Shown here piece by piece: positions 20,497-29,902 of a stretch of 64,000 bases of DNA (the stretch's first letter is position 1; the number at the start of each line of letters is the position of its first letter). The position numbers were made by a program, and so were the translations under genes. The DNA is taken from contig JANPLN010000066.1 of assembly GCA_031426555.1 (NCBI GenBank), forward strand, positions 1 to 64,000, in the 5' to 3' direction. The notes below the pieces were generated by a model. It was not told where the DNA came from. It saw only the letters and a program-made list of their open reading frames with translations, and searched no databases. Source of the stretch: Bdellovibrionales bacterium (GTDB taxonomy: Bacteria; Bdellovibrionota; Bdellovibrionia; Bdellovibrionales; JAGQZY01).

Positions 20497-21369
20497 ATGG
20501 TATATATTTTCGGCGTTATTTTTTTGTTTTCAATTACGTTTTCACAAGTCGCGCTTGGTGCAACCGACCTCTTGCATGAAACATATCCGTGGAAAGTTCA
20601 TCTCGTCTTACACTCTAGACAACAGCTCGAGCTTACCCAGCCGGATCTACCACCCAGCAAAGAAGGTCCACAGGAGCATCTTTATCTTCCAGTTCATGTT
20701 GCAAGGATGAAAATTCTCGACGAAACCCGAGTCCGTTTTGAACTTTCCACTCCCGTGCACGTTTCGCTTCACTCTCCCGAAAATCATGAGCCACAGTCAG
20801 AGATGGTATTTAAGAGTTTTGTCGTCAACATCCTCCAGAACGAAATCGAGCATCTAATAGAGCTTCAACAAGAACCTTTTGTGGTGTTTGACGAAACCAG
20901 CGAACAGCGAATTCTCTCATTTGCCAAAGAAGTGGAAACCGGGGAACTTTTGGATAAACAAATTAAATACTACTCAAATACCTTACAGCTGCCACAGCTG
21001 CGCCATCTCGAAGGTTTGCGAATCTTTCTGCCCGTCGAAGACATCGGTACACCTGATGGAAGCTACGCACGGATCATGGTAATTGCCAGTCTTAAGGGGT
21101 ACCTATCGTGGTTCACGCAATCTCCTCCCTCCATTCCCATCGAGCGCCCCCTCGAAAGAGTCTACCGAACATTTTCGCGTTACAATTCGGCGGTGGCCTC
21201 CTACTTTTTGGGGCTTATGCAAATGGACAGCCGACGGCAAAATCTCAAACGAATTGGTTGGTTAAATTCGTTAATTAGAAAACAAGAAACCGTAAAAAAA
21301 GAACCAGCCCATTTAGACAATATCGTCAGACTGCACACGAATGTTCGCTGTTCTTTGCTCTTTAACTGA
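20497..21369 (+). CDS. Secreted hypothetical protein with C-terminal CxxLF motif
   Basis: Hydrophobic signal peptide; ends ...VRCSLLFN. Confidence 0.7.
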   Translation: MVYIFGVIFLFSITFSQVALGATDLLHETYPWKVHLVLHSRQQLELTQPDLPPSKEGPQEHLYLPVHVARMKILDETRVRFELSTPVHVSLHSPENHEPQSEMVFKSFVVNILQNEIEHLIELQQEPFVVFDETSEQRILSFAKEVETGELLDKQIKYYSNTLQLPQLRHLEGLRIFLPVEDIGTPDGSYARIMVIASLKGYLSWFTQSPPSIPIERPLERVYRTFSRYNSAVASYFLGLMQMDSRRQNLKRIGWLNSLIRKQETVKKEPAHLDNIVRLHTNVRCSLLFN

Positions 21370-21388
21370 TAAATTTCGGAAACTAATT

Positions 21389-22057
21389 ATGAAGGCTTTA
21401 CTACTCTTTTTCGTCTTGGTCTGTGCACTCTCTGCACGTGCAGAGGTTTTTCGATGCGAAGATTTTTTTGCTCAAAAAAGTACTTCTCCCATTGAGGACG
21501 CCCTCAAACAAACATTTGCCGAAGCTTTTCGTTCAAAAAAAGTTTATCGCTGTTTAGAGTGCCACTTAAACGTAATGCGTTTTTTCGATCTTTTGCGAGC
21601 AAACTATCCAAGCTACGATTTTTCGGAAATAAAAGTTTTATATATTGCCCATCAAAAAATGCCTTTTGATAGCTCCGAAGACGTCGGCTTTCATATCAAG
21701 GGCGCACGTGGATCTGTGCAGCAGGATAGAGCCAACGAATTTGTTTTCTGGAACTTTCACGTGGTTATAGAATTCCGCGGAAAAATTTACGACTTTGACT
21801 TCACAGATTCACCTACGCCGCTTTCTCTTCGTGACTATATAGGAGAGTTTTTCATGACGTCCAAAGAGATTTCAGAACTCGCTCAAGCGTACGGCGTCGA
21901 GCTCGAAGGTTCAACCAGCGAACTGATAGTCTATGCCCTTCCTGGAACCGAGTACTTCGCCTACAACCACCACCAGGTGAACACCTGGGATTTTCACCTA
22001 GCGCTTTTTGCCAGCGACTCAGCAGTCCCACTTTTAAGTTATATAAATCCAAATTAG
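21389..22057 (+). CDS. Secreted NTAQ1/WDYHV-like Cys-His-Asp protein (putative glutamine amidohydrolase)
   Basis: Signal peptide; CHLNV, FWNFHVV, IYDFD motifs mirror the CEEN / WDYHV / IYDLD motifs of NTAQ1. Confidence 0.6.
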   Translation: MKALLLFFVLVCALSARAEVFRCEDFFAQKSTSPIEDALKQTFAEAFRSKKVYRCLECHLNVMRFFDLLRANYPSYDFSEIKVLYIAHQKMPFDSSEDVGFHIKGARGSVQQDRANEFVFWNFHVVIEFRGKIYDFDFTDSPTPLSLRDYIGEFFMTSKEISELAQAYGVELEGSTSELIVYALPGTEYFAYNHHQVNTWDFHLALFASDSAVPLLSYINPN

Positions 22058-22060
22058 CCG

Positions 22061-22834
22061 TTACAGGGAATTCACAAATTTAAAGAGAGTTTCATTGAAC
22101 ATCTTTGGATCTTCTATGTTGCTGAGGTGGCCCGTATTTTTCAGTTTTCTCAATTGACTCCCCGAGATGGACTTAGCGAGAAATTCCGCGTCAGCCACCG
22201 TAGTGACTTTGTCCTCTTCACCGACGATAACTAAAGTAGGCACCTTAATTTTTGCGAGCATTTGTGTGCTGTCGGTGCGCGTGGCTAGCGCCACTAGGCC
22301 CGAAGAAATTCCCGCGTCACTGGCTTTTTCGATGAGCTCATAAAAACGCGTCTCTACAGAACTATTGTTTTGCGAAGTTTCACCGATAAGAGCCTTCCAC
22401 TGACTTTGCACAAACTGATTGCGATCTTTTTGTAAGTCTTCAACAGCACCGCCCCGCTTCACTTTTGCTTCATTGCTATCGGCCGCTGCCTTCGTATCAC
22501 ACAAGACGAGCGCTGAACACTGGTTCGGATCGCGCTCGTACATACGAAGTGCCAAGTAGCCACCCAGAGAAAGTCCGCACCAAACGGCCTTTTTAATATT
22601 CGCTTGCTTGAGATAGTCGAGTACGGCATCCACATAAAGTTCGAAGGTAAATGCATGACCGGGCAGTACACTTTCGCCAAAACCTGGAAGATCAGGCGCG
22701 ACACAATAAAATGTTTCAGAAAAGTATTGAAGCTGTTCCATCCACATTTCGGAGCTCATCGGAAATGCGTGAAGAAATAAGATGGCGGGATTTTCGATAT
22801 TGCCTCGAGTTTTCACATTTAATTTTGTTTTCAT
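22061..22834 (-). CDS. Alpha/beta fold hydrolase (PcaD-like)
   Basis: LHAFP, DLPGFGES, GLSLGG, GHLSN. Confidence 0.9.
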   Translation of the reverse strand: MKTKLNVKTRGNIENPAILFLHAFPMSSEMWMEQLQYFSETFYCVAPDLPGFGESVLPGHAFTFELYVDAVLDYLKQANIKKAVWCGLSLGGYLALRMYERDPNQCSALVLCDTKAAADSNEAKVKRGGAVEDLQKDRNQFVQSQWKALIGETSQNNSSVETRFYELIEKASDAGISSGLVALATRTDSTQMLAKIKVPTLVIVGEEDKVTTVADAEFLAKSISGSQLRKLKNTGHLSNIEDPKMFNETLFKFVNSL

Positions 22835-23067
22835 ACCTTGCAACTGGGTGCAAAGGCTGTGCCCTCCTACTAAACGTCGGAGAAACAAACTTGGAGATTT
22901 TTTTTTGCAAAGTGAGTATTTTTTCCTCGTGTTTGAGTGTATTCAACCCGTCTAGTTTACTCAGTTCGCCATGATCCAGGACTCAAGTTGGCATGAATCT
23001 GGCTTTGTTTAATCAGATAAGATAATAGGATTCGTTAAAAACAACTCTCTTTCAATGAGGTCTACAA

Positions 23068-23634
23068 ATGAGATTTAAAGCCAGTAAAGTTATCAGTCTA
23101 GTCATTGCATCGTTTTTTGTAATTTTATGCAACGTAAGCTGTACGAAAAACACGACGAGCCCCACCGAAACCGGTGTGCTTCCTCCGACGGGAACGAACT
23201 CCGACCCAAACGCGGTGGCTGCAAAGAATGCAAAATTGGCAGGCACTTTTAAGCAAGCCAATGATGGTGTAGAAGCCAGCTTAACAATCACGGGATTGCA
23301 ACCCAATACAGAACACGGCATGCATATTCACGCTGTGGGGGAATGCAGCGGGCCCGATTTTAAAACTTCGGGAGACCACTTTAATCCGCAGACTAAAAAC
23401 CATGGAGCACCCGGCGATAGCAATGCACACCTTGGTGATCTAGGAAATATCACTACGGATGGCAGCGGTAACTTTTCGGGCACTCTGAAAATAAAAAATG
23501 CCACGAGAGATGGTGCCAATGGAATTCTCCGCCGAAGTTTGATCGTTCATCAAAACGCAGATGATTTAAAATCGCAGCCTTCTGGTGATTCAGGTGACCG
23601 TATCGCCTGTCTTGTGATTAATTCTGTGGATTAA
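23068..23634 (+). CDS. sodC: Cu/Zn superoxide dismutase, lipoprotein
   Basis: HGMHIH, GDHFNP, HLGDLGNI, IVH, GDRIAC. Confidence 0.93.
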   Translation: MRFKASKVISLVIASFFVILCNVSCTKNTTSPTETGVLPPTGTNSDPNAVAAKNAKLAGTFKQANDGVEASLTITGLQPNTEHGMHIHAVGECSGPDFKTSGDHFNPQTKNHGAPGDSNAHLGDLGNITTDGSGNFSGTLKIKNATRDGANGILRRSLIVHQNADDLKSQPSGDSGDRIACLVINSVD

Positions 23635-23746
23635 ACCGTGGATTTTCCCTTGTTTTGCCCTGAGTATGCAATTGCATTTAGCTGATAAATTTTGACTCTT
23701 AGAGTGAGACGCGCAATGATATGTGTCTCAACTCAAGGAGTGCAGC

Positions 23747-24667
23747 ATGGAAGAAACTTTAAAGCCCATCACCGATCATCTCGATGAGTTTATTAGACTC
23801 ATGACGACTCCAATTTTTTCGATTAGTAATTCCAAGATATCGCTATCGAGTATGATTTTTTCGATTGTCATTATTTTTATATCCGTAAAAATCGCGAAAT
23901 ACGCGGGCCGCATTTTGAACCGCGCTCTTACGGAGCGCAATGTCGATTCGGGTGTGCGGGATTCCCTGGAAAAGTTTTTTCGTTATACGCTCATTGTTAT
24001 TGGTATTTTATTTTCCATGGATAATCTAGGAATATCCATCAACTCACTGGCGGCTGTTGGCGCGGTATTGATGGTGGGAATCGGTTTTGGTTTACAAAAT
24101 ATCGCGCAGAATTTTATTTCCGGGCTCATCTTATTGATCGAACGACCCATCAAGGTTGGAGACATTGTTAACGTTGGCAACACGTCGGGCAGGATATTGG
24201 ACATTCGCGTTCGCTCCACGGTGATTCAAACGCGAGACAACGCCACGATCATCGTTCCCAATTCTAAATTTGTATCAGAAGAAGTGACCAACGAGAGTTA
24301 TCTGGGCGAAAAAATTCGTTACCATATTGGGGTGGGCGTGGCCTATGGCTCCGACATCGAAAAGGTAAAGGCGGCTCTTTGCAATGCGGCAGGCAGCGAC
24401 GATCGAGTGCTTAAAGATCCGCCACCACGGGCCCTCCTGGTGGAATTTGGCGATTCGGCCATCAACTTTGACCTGCGTTTTTGGAGTGAGGACATTTGGC
24501 ACATTGAGCAGGTCAGCAGTGATATTCGCTGCACCATCGGAAAATTATTTAAAGATGAGCTTATCGATATCCCTTTTCCGCAAAGGGAGCTCAGCATCAA
24601 AGCCGAAACCTTAGAGAAGTGGAGTGCCGCGGTTAGTAAATCGACCGGTAATTCGACGGGCAAATAG
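23747..24667 (+). CDS. mscS: Small-conductance mechanosensitive channel (MscS family)
   Basis: GIGFGLQNIAQNFISG, ERPIKVGD, IVPNS, GVAYGSD; AAGGAG RBS. Confidence 0.9.
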   Translation: MEETLKPITDHLDEFIRLMTTPIFSISNSKISLSSMIFSIVIIFISVKIAKYAGRILNRALTERNVDSGVRDSLEKFFRYTLIVIGILFSMDNLGISINSLAAVGAVLMVGIGFGLQNIAQNFISGLILLIERPIKVGDIVNVGNTSGRILDIRVRSTVIQTRDNATIIVPNSKFVSEEVTNESYLGEKIRYHIGVGVAYGSDIEKVKAALCNAAGSDDRVLKDPPPRALLVEFGDSAINFDLRFWSEDIWHIEQVSSDIRCTIGKLFKDELIDIPFPQRELSIKAETLEKWSAAVSKSTGNSTGK

Positions 24668-24831
24668 ACCCGCTTTTTACCTAACTCATTGAAATTATTC
24701 ACTGGGAAATGCCCAGCCCAACGCCGGTTTTTTTGCTTTGAATCATAGTCATTTCTAGACTTATTGAAAATTTAGTTCATAGTGTACAAAAAGAGCAGCA
24801 CGGTGCTGTTCTGTAAACGATAGGTAGAGAA

Positions 24832-25029
24832 ATGCAGACTGGTAAAGTAAAGTTTTTTAATGCAGGTAAAGGTTTTGGATTCATCACGCCCGATAACGGC
24901 GATAAAGATGTGTTTGTGCACGCAAACGACACTGGTGGCGCCCAGCTTAAAGACGGCGACAAAGTTGAGTTCGAAGTGGTAGCCGGAAAAAAAGGCCCAC
25001 AAGCTAGCAATGTTCGCTTGATCAACTAA
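24832..25029 (+). CDS. Cold-shock protein (CspA family)
   Basis: GKVKFFN..KGFGFI, DVFVH, GKKGPQA. Confidence 0.95.
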   Translation: MQTGKVKFFNAGKGFGFITPDNGDKDVFVHANDTGGAQLKDGDKVEFEVVAGKKGPQASNVRLIN

Positions 25030-25085
25030 GGTTGAATCTGTAAATCGCGCCAGGCCAAAGCATTGGTCTTCACGGACCAAAAGCT

Positions 25086-25916
25086 TTGGGAGTTTTTTTG
25101 AAAAATCTTCTGTTTGAAGTCGTAACGACCACAACTGGCGCCATTTCCATAAAAAATAATCAAAACAACGAAATTATGCACAACCCTGTAGGTCCTTGGA
25201 AAGAATCCAACGCTCTCTACATAGAGCAGTCCAATCTCAAGTCTTTGTTAACACAAGATTTAGATACGGAGCTGGTGATCTATGACGTGGGATTGGGTGC
25301 CGCAGCCAATGCTATAGCTACGTTGCATGCTGCAAAAAATTCGAAACGCAAAGTTCGCTTGATTAGTTTTGAAATCGATCTAGCTTTATTAAACTTCGCC
25401 TTAGAAAATAGTGCGCAACTCGCCTATCTTGAGGGTTACGAAGAAATCATCGCGTCTTTATTAAAAAATAAATTCTGGGAAAATGAAAATATAAAGTGGG
25501 AGCTCCATCACGGTGATTTTTTGGAGTGTATCGAGAAGGTTGAACATAAATGTCATCTGATTTATTTTGACCCCTATTCTCCCAAACAAAATGAGGCCAT
25601 GTGGACCACGGCTTGTTTTAAAAAATTGCGAATCAAGTGTCAGCCCAGGGCGACATTTTACAATTACAGCCAGGCCACCACCATTCGAGCTGCCCTTTTG
25701 GAGGCTGGTTTTTTTGTGGGCTACGGACAACCAACGGGACTGAAGAAAGACACCACCCAAGCGGCGACTCAACTGGAGGATCTCTCGAACCCCCTCGACG
25801 AGCGCTGGCTGCAGCGCTGGGAACGATCGCCCACACCTTTCCCCATACGTTGCCAAAACGAAACTCAACTTAAAAAAACGATTCTCAACCACGAACAATT
25901 TAGAGGCCTTCGATGA
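25086..25916 (+). CDS. MnmC-type methyltransferase domain protein (MnmD-like)
   Basis: DVGLGAAAN SAM motif, YFDPYSPKQNEAMW; start uncertain. Confidence 0.75.
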   Translation: MGVFLKNLLFEVVTTTTGAISIKNNQNNEIMHNPVGPWKESNALYIEQSNLKSLLTQDLDTELVIYDVGLGAAANAIATLHAAKNSKRKVRLISFEIDLALLNFALENSAQLAYLEGYEEIIASLLKNKFWENENIKWELHHGDFLECIEKVEHKCHLIYFDPYSPKQNEAMWTTACFKKLRIKCQPRATFYNYSQATTIRAALLEAGFFVGYGQPTGLKKDTTQAATQLEDLSNPLDERWLQRWERSPTPFPIRCQNETQLKKTILNHEQFRGLR

Positions 25917-26377
25917 CCACGAACGATACGTTGCGAAGTTTGCGCTATACTTTTAATTTAAGCGACACAGAAATGATCGCTACGTTTGCACTGGCCGATT
26001 ACCCAGTCACCCGTGAACAAGTGAGCCAGTGGTTGAAGAAAGATGAAGACGCCGATTTTAAGCTGCTGAAGGACGTGGAACTTGCGATTTTTTTAAACGG
26101 GTTTATTAGTAAAAATCGCGGTAAAAAAGAAGGCCCCTCTCCCGAACCCGAACAACGAATCACCAACAACATCGTGCTTAAAAAAATAAAAATTGCGCTG
26201 GATCTTAAGAGCGATCAAGTCAAAGAGATTTTGGGTTTTGCGGACATGTTAGTCAGCGATCATGAGCTTTCGGCTCTTTTTAGAAAACCCGACCATAAAA
26301 ACTATCGCGCCTGCCAGGATCAAATCCTGCGTTGCTTTTTAAAGGGCTTGCAGTTAAAGCATCGCCCGCTAAAATAA
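25913..26377 (+). CDS. DUF1456 (YehS-like) protein
   Basis: NDTLRSLRY, NNIVLKKIKIAL, ELSALFRKPDHKNYRACQDQ. Confidence 0.88.
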   Translation: MTTNDTLRSLRYTFNLSDTEMIATFALADYPVTREQVSQWLKKDEDADFKLLKDVELAIFLNGFISKNRGKKEGPSPEPEQRITNNIVLKKIKIALDLKSDQVKEILGFADMLVSDHELSALFRKPDHKNYRACQDQILRCFLKGLQLKHRPLK

Positions 26378-26398
26378 GAACAAGGAAGGGGAACTCCC

Positions 26399-27247
26399 AT
26401 GGCGACAAAACCACCCGAAAGAGCAACCGTGAGACCCAACGAAATCGAACTCATCCGTGTGTACGAGGCTCCCGTGAAAATAGTTTGGGACGCGTGGACC
26501 GACTTAAAGCAGTTGGAAAAATGGTGGGGTCCTCGAGGGTTTACGATAACTACAAAAAGTAAAGATCTGCACCCTGGCGGAAAGTGGATCTACACCATGC
26601 ATGGACCCGACGGTACCGACTATCCAAACATCACCACCTATCATGTGGTGCTCAAGTACGAAAAGCTCGTTTACGATCACGGTGGCAACGAAGAACGGGA
26701 CAAACTCTTTGCAGTTTCTGCGACTTTTAAAGAAGACAAAGGAAAGACCGTCATGCGCATGGTTTACACCCTTCCCACAGCCGAAGAGGCAAAAGCCACA
26801 AAAGGATTTATCAAACAAGCCAATGGCCACTCCACGTGGGATCGTTTGGGTGAGTTTTTGGAAAATAAAATCCACGGCAAAGATTCATTTTTTATCACTC
26901 GATCCTTTGAGACTGATATGCGATCGATGTTTGACTGGTGGGCGAAGCCGGAGAATTTTTCGCGCTGGCAGGATCCTGCTGGATTGAACATAAACTTTGT
27001 AAAAATCAGTCCACCCAGCAGCCTTATCTACACGCAGAATCTTTCCACCTTCCCCGGCTCGCTTTTGACCACCGTGCTGCTCACCGAAGAAGCCCCTATC
27101 CAAACCCGTGTCACTGTGAGATGGGACGTCCATGGGGACGCCACCGAGGCCGAACGCAAAACGTTCCACGACATAAAGCTGCAAATGACTCTCGGTTGGA
27201 CGAGCTCCTTTGATAAATTGGATGCGTTGATCTCGAGTTATTCTTAA
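26399..27247 (+). CDS. Tandem SRPBCC/AHSA1 domain protein
   Basis: VWDAWTD..LEKWWGPRGF, PGGKWIYTMHGPDG; second shorter domain ending GWTSSFDKL. Confidence 0.85.
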   Translation: MATKPPERATVRPNEIELIRVYEAPVKIVWDAWTDLKQLEKWWGPRGFTITTKSKDLHPGGKWIYTMHGPDGTDYPNITTYHVVLKYEKLVYDHGGNEERDKLFAVSATFKEDKGKTVMRMVYTLPTAEEAKATKGFIKQANGHSTWDRLGEFLENKIHGKDSFFITRSFETDMRSMFDWWAKPENFSRWQDPAGLNINFVKISPPSSLIYTQNLSTFPGSLLTTVLLTEEAPIQTRVTVRWDVHGDATEAERKTFHDIKLQMTLGWTSSFDKLDALISSYS

Positions 27248-28419
27248 GGCCTGCGGAGGGGTTGGACCAAAGCCGTCGGGTTCATGGCCTGTTGCATTTG
27301 ATCCAAAAGCTCCACGCGGCGGGCGACGTTGGCAGTGTTTTGAAAATCTCTGATGAGTTGCTCGACCTGACGCGTTTGAGAGTTGGCCTCGACGGCCGTC
27401 TGATAAATCCATTGCCCCTGCTCTTCATATAACTTTCCAAGCTGAGGATCGGTCCGATCTTTTGCTCCGACCAGAGGTAACGTCACTAAAATTTTTGTGT
27501 CTTCGGTCTGATACGTAATCTTCAACGCTGGAATATTGAAAGCGTCTTGGACAATCTCGAAGCTCAAAAGAGGGAGCTTTTAAAGAAGATAGAGAAAATG
27601 AATGACTCTTGCCGAGACCACATTCAAAGCGTCGACGCTCTTAAACAACTGACCAAGAAGACGGGTCTGATCGTTCGCTGGTTGATTGAGGCGCACGGAT
27701 TTTCTGAGAGCTGTGATCTGCTCTTTAATTTCGGTATGGTAAGTTTTGAGCTCACTAAAAGACAGAAAAGTAGAATAGGGGGCATAATTGGGTGCGGGAT
27801 CCTGAGGAGGGGCGCCCCTTAAAACTTGCGCCTCTCCGTAAAGTGGCGAGGGCACGCGATTAATCATCCCTGCAAAGATATCTAAGTGACGTATCTCGTG
27901 AAGAATCATGAGGTCGCGAAAGTATCTTGAGCTTGAGCCCCCGAGAATATGCTTAAAGTTAAGATAAAAAAGCGTGTTGGAAACACCTCCGTTTTCTAAG
28001 CTTGTGGGCAAAGTGACCGCCGCACCCGCATTGAGCAATAAAAGTTTAGCGGAGTTAAAAACAGCGACGGCTTCATATTTTTTATAAATGAACTCTGCAA
28101 ACTGACCCAATTTTGACGGACCAGGACTGATGACTAAGACTCGGTAATTTCGATGGGTGAGAGAGTCCCACTCCTGGAACTCTCTAAAAGAAATATTCTC
28201 ATTATAGAGATGCTGTCGCGCCTGAGCGAGGAGTTCGTCACTCAATGGACCCAGCAGATCTGGGCGCATCGCGAAGGCGTCATGAAAGAGGGGCGAAATA
28301 TCTTCACTTGCCAAAAATTCAGACGGTGGTGGAGTTTTTACAAAGAGATCAGCACACGACTGCTGTGCCATAGCCGGGAAATGGCCTAAAATCGCTATGA
28401 TGGCAAAAATAAGTCGCAT
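27244..28419 (-). pseudogene. Secreted HExxH protein with CxxLF motif, interrupted by an in-frame TAA at 27580-27582
   Basis: ORFs 27580..28560 and 27244..27567 are in the same frame (..FLYLL*KLPLLSFEIVQ..); signal peptide from ATG 28419; HEIRH motif. Confidence 0.6.
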
Positions 28420-28510
28420 GATAATCATGAGGCGTTGTTGAGCAAACTGCGGGCCAGGCAGGGATGGTATCTCTTGAAGCAGCTTCTCTGTTGCAAAGCC
28501 TTTGTAAAAA

Positions 28511-29902
28511 TCACGCCTTTGTCGATGGCAACAAGCGCGTGGCATTTGCTGTGAGTGCAAGCGCCAGGCGGAGATCGCTGACCAGCTCTTGGTAGCGCTG
28601 CTGTTTTTCGCTCTCCGTTGACGAGCGTAAAATCGCAGCGGGATGCCAACTGACTAACAAATTTTTTGCCATTCCGCTTTCGGTGTATGGAGAGCCTCGC
28701 TCCACTTGAATATTTACAAGGCGTCCGTAAACTGCCGTGCTCGCAGTGACGCCTAAACACATGATGACTTGCGGGCGCACCTGACGGATTTCTGCCTCGA
28801 GCCACGGTTTGCACGCATGCATCTCGCTGCCGCTGGCTTTTTTATGCAGGCGAAGTTTGCCCTGCCGTTCAAATTTAAAATGTTTTACGGCATTTGTAAT
28901 GTAAAGATCCTGGCGTAAAATACCGGCCTCTGCGAGAGCTTTGTTTAACAGTTCCCCTGCCGGCCCAATAAAATTATGCCCTGCCAAATCCTCGTTATCG
29001 CCCGGCTGCTCGCCTACAATCATGATCGAAGCCTGTAAATTTCCTTCACCAAAAACGGTTTGCGTGGCGGTTTTTGCAAGCGGGCACGAGGCGCAGGAGT
29101 GCGCAGCGGTTTTTAATTCAATCCAATCGGCGGCTTCTGGTGGTTGGGCCACTTCTTGAATCGCATCTCGCATGTTTTGTAACTGTTTGGGCGTGTTGCG
29201 AATGAGTTCCTGAATAATCTCGGCCTCAGGCAGCGCCGACCAGTATTTTGTCGCCATTTCGGTTTTCATCATTTTAATTTTAATTCGCGCCGGATTAAAA
29301 ATCGATTTGTAATAGGTTTTCCAAACGTCATCAAAGGGGTCTTCGTGAGCAAACTCTTGTTGTGACATACCTGGACCAAACGTGAGTGTTTTCAAATTCC
29401 AATGGGCCGAACCGTCCGCTGAAAATATGGACCACGGCTTATCACCAAACCGGCGCACAAAAAATGGCGTACCGAGTTCCATAATTAAATGTTCGGGCTT
29501 GTGCCAGGCCACGTAGGTTTCTACTCCGTCAATCTCGGCCCGCTTAAAGCGCACAAAAGCGTGCATTTTATGAATGTCCCGGCGAACTGATTTACATAAA
29601 GTGTTCATACGATGCACATCGGGATCCACGGTCACTTTGAGCAAATGGGAGTTTTCGTGATTCAGTCGATAGAGCATTCGGTACAATAAATCCCAACGTT
29701 GTTCGTCGCGGGCGGCGGCCACGTAGGGCGCCAATTTTAAAAATTCTGCAGGAACCTTTGGCGAGGTCAAAGGTTTTAAGCGCACTTCGGTTTCGAACAA
29801 CAAAACTTGGCTTGTATCCCAGCTACCGGTTTTGGGGCGCACACCTTTTTGCAACATTTCGCGGGCGCGGACCCGCCACTCGGTGTAGGTGACCGCCTCC
29901 AT
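28511..29902 (-). CDS. DUF4130 + UdgX-like family-4 uracil-DNA glycosylase fusion
   Basis: VRRDIHKMHAFVRF and WKTYYKSIFNPAR (DUF4130); CxxC, VGEQPGD, TNAVKHFKF, KLRLH, WHPAAILR. Confidence 0.92.
   Translation of the reverse strand: MEAVTYTEWRVRAREMLQKGVRPKTGSWDTSQVLLFETEVRLKPLTSPKVPAEFLKLAPYVAAARDEQRWDLLYRMLYRLNHENSHLLKVTVDPDVHRMNTLCKSVRRDIHKMHAFVRFKRAEIDGVETYVAWHKPEHLIMELGTPFFVRRFGDKPWSIFSADGSAHWNLKTLTFGPGMSQQEFAHEDPFDDVWKTYYKSIFNPARIKIKMMKTEMATKYWSALPEAEIIQELIRNTPKQLQNMRDAIQEVAQPPEAADWIELKTAAHSCASCPLAKTATQTVFGEGNLQASIMIVGEQPGDNEDLAGHNFIGPAGELLNKALAEAGILRQDLYITNAVKHFKFERQGKLRLHKKASGSEMHACKPWLEAEIRQVRPQVIMCLGVTASTAVYGRLVNIQVERGSPYTESGMAKNLLVSWHPAAILRSSTESEKQQRYQELVSDLRLALALTANATRLLPSTKA

Noticed and set aside
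28420..28560. Extension of the HExxH ORF overlapping the UDG gene end
   Set aside because: The signal peptide begins at ATG 28419; the extension is an ORF-calling artefact.
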